Source of the DNA: Mytilus trossulus
Taxonomy: Eukaryota
Direction of reading: 5' to 3'
Assembly: GCF_036588685.1 (NCBI RefSeq)
Contig: NC_086378.1
Span: forward strand, 31,496,001 to 31,560,000
DNA: 64,000 bases
The notes under the pieces: model-generated
Seen by the model: the letters and a program-made list of their open reading frames with translations, nothing else
What the model was told of the DNA's origin: nothing
Database searches by the model: none
Program-made: the position numbers and the translations under genes
Part shown: piece by piece, positions 23,623 through 35,600 of the stretch
How positions within the stretch are numbered: position 1 is the first letter of the stretch
Layout: each line of letters begins with the position of its first letter

Positions 23623-26600
23623 TCAAATAGCCAGTGCATCACTTTGTATTTCATGACTGAGTTGGGTTTGTAGATCACTTAGTTTTTTCTTCAGCACAGA
23701 TAATGTTGAAAACATTATATTCTCAGGTCTCAGTGAACCACATGATTCAACATTGTAGAAAAATTTGTTTGCTTTTCCAAGAGGATTTGGTTCTGCTTGT
23801 ACTGAAACAGAAAAAAACAAAATTATTTAGATTTAAATATAGATGTACTAAATCAATATGAGGGGGGATAGGAGGGGTCCTGATCCCGAAATCCCAGACT
23901 TCAAAAAACGAAATCCTGAGGTCCCGAATTTAAATAAATTAAATCCTGATGTCCCGAAATCCGAAAAAAAGGAATCCCGGATCCTGAAAGGGTCAATCCC
24001 GAAATCCCAAGCAAAAACACCCAATCCCAGAGTCCCGATAAAGGTCCTATCCCCCCTCCAATATGGAGAGAGAAAAATATATTGGGTTTAAGGCCCCTTT
24101 TTATACATACTTGAAGACACCCATTGGACATAAATCTGACAAGCTTTAATTTAAATCATTACAACTGTAATTTCCATTAGAAATAAAACTAGAGGCTCCA
24201 AAGAGACTGTGTCGCTCACCTTGGTCTATGTGAATATTAAATAAAGGAGACTGATGGAGTTATGACAAAATTGTGTTTTGGTGATGGGGATGTGTTTGTA
24301 GATCTTACTTTTTTAAACATTCTTGCTGCTTACAATAATCTCTATCTATAATGAACTTGGCCTAATAGCTTCAGTGGAAATGTCAGTAAAAATTTACTAA
24401 TTTTGCGAAAATTGTTAAAAATTGACTAAAAAGGCTATAACTCCTTACAGGGTCAATTGATCATTTTGGTCATGATGACTTTTTTGTAGATCTTACTTTG
24501 CTGAACATTTTTGCTGTTCTATAATAATATTCAAGATAATAATCCCAAAACAGCAAAATTTCCTTAAAATTATCAATTCAGGGGCAGCAACCTAACAACG
24601 GGTTGTCTGATTCATCTGTAAATTTCAGGGCAGATAGATCTTGACCTGATAAACACTTATACCCCATGTCAGATTTGCTCTAAATGCTTTCGTTTTTGAG
24701 TTATAAGCCAAAAACTGCATTTTACCTCTATGTTCTATTTTTAGCCATGGCGGCCATCTTGGTTGGTATGCCGGGTCACCGGACACAATTTTAAAACTAG
24801 ATACCCCAATGATGATTTTGGCTAAGTTTGGTTAAATTTAGCCAAGTAGTTTCAGAGGAGAAGATTTTTCTAAAAGTTTACGGACGCCGGACGACAGAAG
24901 CCGGACACCAACGGACGCCAAGTGATGAGAAAAGCTCACTTGGCCCTTTGGGCCAGGTGAGCTAAAAATTAGCATGGGTGTACTGAAAATTCAACATTTT
25001 TTAAAAAAATGACCTGTATATGTGAAGAATAATTTTGGTACTTAGCTATTTGATTACGACATTGTTTGTAAAACCCCATCGGTACTGGCATTTTCAAAAT
25101 TTGAAAATGGTGGATTGAACCTGGTTTTATAGCGCTAAACCTCTCACGTGTATGACAGTCTCATCAAATTCTGTCATTTATTTACAACCATGCGTGAACA
25201 AAACAGACATAATAGGTAAAATTGTCAAAGTATGGGTACAGCAGTCAAATATTCTTACTAATAAGTACTAATATTGATATAACAAAAACACTGCTATGAT
25301 GTTTTAAAAGTATCGCATTGATATTAGAACTAATAGCATTTGTATATTTATGTATATAAGAAAAACACTGCACTTCAAATTTTACAGGGACATAAACATT
25401 TGCTTCTAACTAACTTCTAAATGTATATTTAGACTCAATTGTTGTTTATATTTGAACAATAAGTTTTAAAGTTAGTATTTTCTTAATTTTTCCTTGCCGA
25501 AAAAAAATATTTTCCGCATTAAATGTCTGCATATTTACAATTGATATAAGACAATATTGCTATGTGATATAAGAAAAGTTTTTAACCATTCGCTTCTTCC
25601 ATAGACTGAAAATGAATATTTGTCTTATACATACTTTCGTCTTCTTCAAGTTCTGTGTACTCACTCTTTGGCCTGAAATAATCATAGGGATTCATTTAAC
25701 TATGTAAAAGTGTATAATGTGATTATGCTATGAATTTTTACTTGAACAGGGAATAGCCTTTTCATAAAACTGGATTCTATACCTAAAGACTGGCAGTGTT
25801 TTATAATTTTCAGTACATGATATTTTTGTGGAAATATACATTCCAGATAATTTGAAACTTAAAATTACTTGGATTTAGAGTATCTTACAATTTTGTATGG
25901 AGGGTTTGATCCTAAAGAACACAAGGTTCATGAATAACCAAATAAGGTCATTTTACAAAAATTTAATAAAAACCAGATGCTCAGCAGGGCGTAGCTTTAT
26001 ACGACCGCAGAGGTTGAACCCTGAACGGTTGGGGCAAGTATGGACACAACATTCAAGCTGGATTCCGCTCTAAATTTTGATTGTGATTAAATAGTTGACA
26101 CAGCATAGGTTTCTGACACAGAATGAATGTATTCAAATGAACTTAAAATTTTTGTTTTCTCTTAGAGCAATTCACTATGCTGTTGAATATTAATCCTCTC
26201 AAAAAAATGTTTGAAGAAATTTTCTTTTTATTTATGAAATTTCAAATGAGAAAAATTGAACCCAATTTTTTAATCACATCCCCCTTTCCCTTATTCCAAA
26301 ACTAATTTCAATTAAAATATTCTAATGGAGTTTGCAACAATTACTACTCATTAAAATACATCATAAAATATTAAGATGTAAAAAAACTGCTTGTTATCAC
26401 TGGATGGTAAAGATTATTTAAATTTATCAGTTGGTAGTAAAAAGTGAATATACATTGTATATTGTATATAACAAAGATTTAAGTTGATTCTGGACAAAGA
26501 AAGATAACTCCAATTTAAAAAAATTCTTGCAGATATTTCTTGCTTACTATACTGGACAAAGAAAGATAACTCTTAATTAAAAAAAATTTTGCTATTTCAC

Positions 26601-29600
26601 AATATTGTGAAATTAGATATTTCTTGCCATTGCATAATACTGTGCAATTGAAAAGACTTGCTATTGCACAATACTTAATATAATAATTTTAGATCCTGAT
26701 TTGGACCAACTTGAAAACTGGGCTCATAATCAAAAATCTAAGTACATGTTTAGATTCAGCATATCAAAGAGGCCCAAGAATTTAATTTTTTAAAAATCAA
26801 ACTTAGTTTAATTTTGGACCCTTTGCACTTTAATTTAGACCAATTTTAAAACTGGACCAAAAATTAAGAATCTACATACACAGTTAGATTTGGCATATCA
26901 AAGAACCCCAATTATTCAATTTTTGATGAAATCAAACAATGTTTAATTTTGGACCTCGATTTGGGCCAACTTGAAAACTGGGCCAATAATCAAAAATCTA
27001 AGTACATTTTTAGATTCAGCATATCAAAGAACCCCAAGGTTTCAATTTTTGTTAAAATCAAACTAAGTTTAATTTTGGACCCTTTGGACCTTAATGTAGA
27101 CCAATTTGAAAACGGGACCAAAAATTAAGAATCTACATACACAGTTAGATTCGGCATATTAAAGAACCCCAATTATTCAATTTTGATGAAATCAAACAAA
27201 GTTTAATTTTGGAACCTTTGGGCCCCTTTTTCCTTAACTGTTGGGACCAAAACTCCCAAAATCAATACCAACCTTCCTTTTATAGTCATAAACCTTGTGT
27301 TTAAATTTCATAGATTTCTATTTACTTATACTAACGCTATGGAGCAAAAACCAAGAAAAATGCTTATTTGGGTCCCTTTTTGGCCCCTAATTCCTAAACT
27401 GTTGGGACTGAAACTCCCAAAATGAATACCAACCTTCCTTTTGTGGTCATAAACATTGTGTTTAAATTTCATTGATTTCTATTTACTTTAACTAAAGTTA
27501 TTGTGCGAAAACCAAGAATAATGCTTATTTGGGCCCTTTTTTGGCCCCTAATTCCTAAACTGTTGAAACCAAAACTCCCAAAATCAATCCCAACCTTTCT
27601 TTTGTGGTCATAAACCTTGTGTCAAAATTTCATAGATTTCTATTAACTTAAACTAAAGTTATAGTGCGAAAACCAAGAAAATGCTTATTTGGGCCCTTTT
27701 TGGCCCCTAATTCCTAAAATGTTGGGACCAAAACTCCCAAAATCAATACCAGCCTTCCTTTTATGGTCATAAACCTTGTGTTAAAATTTTATAGATTTCT
27801 ATTCACTTTTACTAAAGTTAGAGTGCGAAAACTAAAAGTATTCGGACGACGACGACGACGCCAACGTGATAGCAATATACGACGAAAATTTTTTCAAAAT
27901 TTGCGGTCGTATAAAAATCATATGACTATTATAGGGAAGTAATTATGAATCTTCTGACACAAGATTTGAACTGATAACATGTTATTTGGATATACTCACC
28001 ATTCTTCTGGCTTGGGATAGATTGTGTGTCTCAATGCATTATCTGGGTCATACTCGAATGCTACACCACATGTTGGGTTCCACTTAGCATGCTCCTTGGC
28101 AAATCCTTTTCTGGCAAAGGCTCTCACTTTCAATTCCTGTCCTTTTCTTAATTTGACTATCAAGATATCTACAAAATTAATAAACATTTCCAGTTGGTGA
28201 AAAAATGCTCAGGTGAACTATGTATATCTGAGTAAGGTCAATTGAAGACAGTTGTTTTTCAAAAGCAATAATTATTTCAATACCTATAAACAGGTTTACA
28301 AAGCTGCAAGTTGAATACATGAAACTTATCTGCCGAAAAAAGGTAACTTATACATGAATAATTCTGTGAGAAATTTCTACTTTATCTTTTATTTCCATTT
28401 TGCATTTACTTGAATTTGTATTATTTTTTATTAAAGAAGTTTTAATCTCATTAGTTCTGCAATATAAATTTTGTGTTTTCATAAGTTGTTTCTTTTCTGT
28501 CTTGGATTAACCTGACGCACAATTTCTTTATGACAATTTGAATATGCATGAGTTATCATTGGTTGCAGTTACTTTGTAGACCTCTTTACATCACTATTAG
28601 TTAAACGAATAATATTGTGTGCTCTTTACACACTAGAGGTGAATCATATATTTTTTGTACAAATAAAAGATAATATTAGTTACATAGTGTGCACTATGTA
28701 ATGCATTTATCTTACCGACAATCTTAACGCGTAAAATTTAGACTAGTGACCTATCAAAATGAGCAAGTCTTCAATACAGGTAGCATTAACATGATCTAGA
28801 AACTACTTCCTTTTTCTCCTACAAAAACAGATGCCAACAATGACAACTTATTAGATTTAAATGTGTTTTATGAATTTATTTCCATTTATCATCTTTTTCT
28901 TCGTCTGTCAAAGATTTTCTCTCAGTACTGTTTTGTTATTCTAAAGGGACATAACACCACTACTAACCGTGTATGAAATAAGCCCTGCCTCCTCCTCCTG
29001 GAGGTAAGATAATGTTTTTTACCTGAGAATAGACTTCTTTTTCAAATACTTTTTTTTGTACTTACATGTTTCACTAAGCTTTGAGTGGGTAAAAGTTTAT
29101 TTAAAAGTTAAAAATGAAATTATAGCGAACCCTATTGAACCTTTCTATAGATTCACCTGCAAGTTACCTGTCCATTTAAACTTTTGGCAGTTCTATTGTC
29201 CCATCTAACAAATACAACAGGTATTGTTCTCTGTATAGTTTATTCACCAGGACCTTTAAATTTCTTCTAAGAGAAATATATCACTCATTGATTAATTTAC
29301 CTGAGTAAAAAATTTATCTGCTAAATTAGATGGAAATAAAATGTGTACTATTTATAAACCAGATGCTCCGCAGGGCGAAGCTTTATACGACCGCACAGAT
29401 TGAACCCTGAACGGTTGGGGCAAGTATGGACACAACATTCAAGCTGGATTCCGCTCTAAATTTGGATTGTGATTAAATAGTTGACACAGCATAGGTTTCT
29501 GACACAGAATGAATGTATTCAAATGAACTTAAAATTTTTGTTTCCTCTTAGAGCAATTCACTATGCTGTTGAATATTAATCCTCTCAAAAAAATGTTTGA

Positions 29601-32600
29601 AGAAACTTTCTTTTTATTTATGAAATTTCAAATGAGAAAAATTTAACCCAATTTTTTATTCACATCCCCCTTTCCCTTATTCCAAACCTAATTTCAATTA
29701 AAATATTCTAATGGAGTTTGCAACAATTACTACTCATTTAAATACATGATGTAAAAAAACTGCTTGTTATCACTGAATGGTAAAGATTATTTAAATTTAT
29801 CAGTTGGTAGTAAAAAGTGAATATACATTGTATATTGTATATAACAAAGAGGTAGTAAAAAGTGAATATACATTGTATATTGTATATAACAAAGATTTAA
29901 GTTGATTCTGGACAAAGAAAGATAACTCCAATTAAAAAAAAATCTTGCAGATATTTCTTGCTTACTATACTGGACAAAGAAAGATAACTCTTAATAAAAA
30001 AAAAAATTGCTATTTCACAATATTGTGAAATTAGATATTTCTTGCCATTGCACAATACTGTGCAATTGAAAAGACTTGCTATTGCACAATACTTAATATA
30101 ATAATTTTAGATCCTGAATCTAAGTACATGTTTAGATTCAGCATATCAAAGAATTTAATTTTTGTTAAAATCAAACTTAGTTTAATTTTGGACCCTTTGC
30201 ACTTTAATTGAGACCAATTTTAAAACTGGACCAAAAATTAAGAATCTACATACACAGTTAGATTTGGCATATCAAAGAACCCCAATTATTCAATTTTTTA
30301 TGAAATCAAACAATGTTTAATTTTGGACCCCGATTGGGGCCAACTTGAAAACTGGGCCAATAATCAAAAATCTAAGTACATTTTTAGATTCAGCATATTA
30401 AAGAACCCCAAAGTTTCAATTTTTGTTAAAATCAAACTAAGTTTAATTTTGGACCCTTTGGACCTTAATGTAGACCAATTTGAAAACGGGACCAAAAATT
30501 AAGAATCTACAAACACAGTTAGATTCGGCATATTATTAAAGAACCCCAATTATTCAATTTTGATGAAATCAAACAAAGTTTAATTTTGGACCCTTTGGGC
30601 CCCTTTTTCCTTAACTGTTGGGACCAAAACTTCCAAAATCAATACCAACCTTCCTTTTATAGTCATAAACCTTGTGTTTAAATTTCATAGATTTCTATTA
30701 ACTTAAACTAAAGTTATAGTGCGAAAACCAAGAAAATGCTTATTTGGGCCCTTTTTGGCCCCTAATTCCTAAAATGTTGGGACCAAAACCCCCAAAATCA
30801 ATACCAGCCTTCCTTTTATGGTCATAAACCTTGTGTTAAAATTTCATAGATTTCTATTTACTTTTACTAAAGTTAGAGTGCGAAAACTAAAAGTATTCGG
30901 ACGACGACGACGACGCCAACGTGATAGCAATATACGACGAAATTTTTTTCAAAATTTGCGGTCGTATAAAAACTGTATATGAGTTTGAATGTATTATATT
31001 TTCAATCTGTTGAATGTAAACACTAATTCAAACATTAATAAAAGTTGATTCCTAAAAAAAATTAACATTATTCCTATTTCCAAAAAAAAATTGATAAAAA
31101 AAACCTAAAAATGTTGATGTTTACATATTAAGGCCTTCTTAAAAGTATTCTATAACTAAACAAAAACTAAAAAATGCAAATTTTCATACGAACAATACTT
31201 TTTATTTTAAAAACAAACTGTTTATGATTAAGTTATTATTTATTTTGAACATATTGGAAAAAATATTATAAATGTTTAATAAACATGAAATCACAGGCAT
31301 TTTTTTTTATGTGAAACATGTAATTTCTATCAATTTAGCAGATAAATTTTCTACTGAGGTAGATTAATCAATGAGTGATATATTTCTCCTAGAAGAAATT
31401 TAAAGGTCTGAGTGAATAAACTATACAGGAAACAATACCTGTTGTATTTGTTAGATGGGACAATAGAACTGCCAAAAGTTTAAATGGACAGGTAACTTGC
31501 AGGTGAATCTATAGAAAGGTTCAATAGGGTTCGCTATAATAATTAAAAAAAAATAGGAATTGCCGATTTATTCTGATGTTTCCAATTTTGTGGGATTTTG
31601 AATTTTGTATCTTTTATAAATTATCATGATTATATGTTTCATAATTTTAAGCATTTGAATTTATGATGATAGCCTTAACTTGCTTAAATTTAAAAATAGA
31701 TCAGTGTTACAGTTTACAAAATAACAAAGATAACTTAATGAATGGAGGTGCTCATTTAGATGCTAGATTGAGCATTGAGTTATTGTCCAAACAGGTTTAT
31801 AGAAATACAGAATTACTGTGTGATATTTATAGGAATGGGAGTCATAATTTTTTTTATGTGTTATACTGTTTTAATGCACTTTAACTTACCATCTGTTTCT
31901 TCATATTCGCTTGCTTCTTCTTTTCTTTTAGATGTAACCTAGGGATATAAATATAATATAACATGAGTTAAAAATTATCATATTGCTGTAAACTATCTAG
32001 AAATCATTAAACAATATATTATATAAATAGAATAAATGAAACAACTGCAAACTATAGGGTGATAAAATATGATTTTAAATCTAGCATTCAGAGCATGTAT
32101 AGCCAAATTTTTTCAGAAAAAAATATTTTGAAGTCTTATAAGCATGCTTCAAGTTGTGAACTTTAGTTATGTTAATGTAGAAATCAGTTTATTATTATCT
32201 ACATGGAACTTCTACCCAGATTACTTTACAGTTACATATAAAAAGGTTGATGACAGTTTCGCATTTCTACTTTTAAGTTACAGTTTCACATTTCTTTTTT
32301 CTATTAATCACCTCACCTCACCTATCCTCTTCATGCTGGTCGGCATTTAAGGCTTCTATTAATAGTTACACATTTCTACTTTCTATTTTCAGTTTCACAT
32401 TTCTACTTTCTATTTACAGAAGAATGGCTAACCTATGAACTAACCCATCATGTCTGAACAATTCAACCCGTTAACAAAGACAGTCAGTAGAACTGCCCCA
32501 GTAACTAATGCACCAAGTTTACAAAGTATATGTAGGAATACAATTTTACATGCTATAACACTCAAAAGAATCAAGCAGGTAAATATTACAGTAACATGAG

Positions 32601-35600
32601 GTTTAGGTAATGAAAAAAATAGTACAAAAATTCCTCTTCTAAGTTTATACAAATTTGTATTTGTTTGGCTTTTAAATAACTATTTTGATCTGAGCATCAC
32701 TGATGAGTCTGATGTAGACAATGTGTGTCTGGTGTATTAAATTATAATCCTGGTACCTTTGATAACTACTACACCACTGGTGGATGTTTCGTCCCTGGGC
32801 GTTTCACCAGCCCAGTAGTCAGCACTTCGGTGTTGACATGAATATCAATTATATGGTCATTTTATAAATTTCCTGTAACAAAACTTTAAATTTTTCTAAA
32901 AAGAAGGGATTTTCTTATCCCAGGAATAGATTACTTAAGCGGTATTAGGCACAACTTTTTTTGAATTTTGAACCTCAATGCTCTTCGACTTTATACTTGT
33001 TTGGCCTTAAAACTATTTTGATCTAAGCTTCACTGATGAGTCTTATGTAGACAAAACACGGGCATGGCGTATTAAATTATGATCCTGGTACCTTTGATAA
33101 CTATTTACAGAAAGAAACATGTTTGGTTTGGCATCAATTGATGTTTCTAAAATGGGTTGTAGTCATTAAGCTAGTAGGTATTTCACAATCTATAGAATAT
33201 ATTTATCCTAGAATTCAGAACTCAACACAATCGGGAACAAACCAAGTTGGAAATTTATAAGAATTATCATACTTTAACGATTTGTTTTTATTCAATCCTT
33301 TTCAGTCTTAAAATGAGTTGAAAAAATAAATAATAGGCTTGTGAAATTACCTTACAATGAAAGGGTTTTATTTGGCCAAACATGGGGTATACTTATCAAT
33401 AAAACAGCGAAAAAGTGACCTATACATGCAGTACACCAAGACCAGAATAAATACCAAATTATGTGTGCCACAACTTATTTGCATACATGATACTAGTTGG
33501 ATATATATTTTGTTGAATGTTCTTATTTCATAGTTCTGTCATATAAATAAGAACTTTTTTTTTACCTAACCTCAGAAGTTTGATATTTTTTATCCAGATA
33601 CAAATTATACTGTTTTTGTACTCCCTTACATTATTAGAAATTTAAAATATACAGAAAATCATGAAATATTCTGTACATTTTTGTATTACCATTTTTAGGC
33701 AGATGAGTCGCTTCCCTTACCTAAACCTCTGATGAGAACAGTCAGTGTTCTCAACTTGAAAGATTTTGTCATTGACGCAGAAAAATTAGAACCTGGTAAT
33801 CACCTGAAAGAAAGCTACCCAGCTACATGTATCTTTGATGGAATCCCATGTATCATCAAAGTCAAATCTAAAGGTATTCCATACAAATTTACATTTTTAA
33901 TTTAAATTTGTTTTACACTGAGTCTTGTCATTTTTTTGAGGTGATGGATATTTATTTTAATGTCTTTATCATAAATCAAGCCTTTGTTTTTTTCTCTTTT
34001 GAATTGTTTCACAATTTGTCAAGCTGGGGCCTTTTATTACATTCTTTTTGTTCTGTGTTTTGGTCAACTTGAAGGTCATAAAATATCCTACATCCAGTTG
34101 AAGTATTTGTCTCCTTGCCAATCATACCACATATTTTTATTTTTACATTTATAAATGTTTTGCCTTTATCCTATAGATAGCAAGCCAGAATTGGACAACC
34201 CAAGTTTCATGGCATCGTTTGAAGACAAGAACTCTGTCTGTTGTGTTTATGAAGTAACAGATACTCTTAAAGATAGAATTGTTCAATGCAAACTCCAAAA
34301 CACCAGATTCCAAGAGGTTTTTATATGGCGTTTAGCAAAGACACTTTTGGAGTTTGCACTAAATGGAAAGATAACTCTATCTACAAAAGTAAACAGTACC
34401 ATGATACATTTTTACGGTCCAAAAGGAACAATCTTTCTTGAAGCCACTGATAACCCAATGACTGAAATGATGGGAGCCGATTCAGCAATCTATGAGGCCC
34501 CTGAGGTTTTACGACAGGAAGAACCAACTAACCAAGCATTTTCATGGACAGTTGGATGTATCATTTATGAAATGTTAGCATTGGAACCTGCCTTCTTTGA
34601 TAGAACTGGTACTAATCCATTTCAAGTATTTATGGACATGATGCAGGGCATACTACCCCCTGAACCTACAGAGGGTAGTCCAGAAATAATAGAAATTATG
34701 TGGCACTGTTTTAAATCAGATCCTGCAAAAAGAATTCCTCCAGAAGATTTGCTTAGATTTGCAATAGCCCATTCAGAATAAAGCTTTTATTTTATGTCAA
34801 ATGTTTAGCTCTTAAACGGCTTGGTTATTTTGTTAAGATTCTCTATTTGATAACTTGTTTCCAAATATTAACAATTAATTTGTTATGTTACTTAACAATT
34901 TTAAGAACGGATGATTTATTTTAGCCAGATACTTATACATGTTATTGCTACCTCTTTTAAATATTTTTTTTCAGAAATCTTTCTTTTAAATATAAAAATA
35001 CACAGACTGATTTTAATCCATATCAATGTTTTATATAGATTGTATGTTTTATCAATAAAGTTTTATTATAATTATTAATATATTTAATTCAATGTAACAT
35101 TCAACAACTTGGCAACATCATGGTGGTCAGTTTATATAAGCAACACAACAGGTGCCACATGTGGAGTAGTTTCTGCTTACCCTTCCACCTGAGATCACCC
35201 CTTGTTTTTGGTGGGGTTCGTGTTGTTTATTCTTTAGTTTTCTATGTTGTGTCATTTGTACTATTGTGTGTCTGTTTGTCTTTTTCATTTTTAGCCATGG
35301 CGTTGTCAGTTTGTTTTAGATTTATGAGTTTGACTGTCCCTTTGGTATCTTTCTCTCCTCTTTTATATAGGCAGAGGAAGCTAGATTACCTAGGAAAAAA
35401 ACATTAACCTACTGGCAGTAAATCCTAGTCAATTAAGATCAAAGTCAAACCCACCTTGCCGTAAGTGGGGTTTCAAATCTCACAACCTGGGTTGATAAGC
35501 CAATGTTTACTGTAGATGAATAACTAAGACCATGTAGACCACTTGACCACAACTGGATATGTGTTTAACCCCACTATTTTAGATTCATATAATTTTGCAT

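Noticed and set aside
33730-33780. CTGATGA motif as another hammerhead
   Set aside because: No stem II/GAAA/stem I arrangement; it is coding sequence.
34155-34781. Stand-alone 208-aa ORF or processed kinase pseudogene
   Set aside because: The ATG lies in the polypyrimidine tract of an acceptor; the frame joins two upstream exons without disruption.
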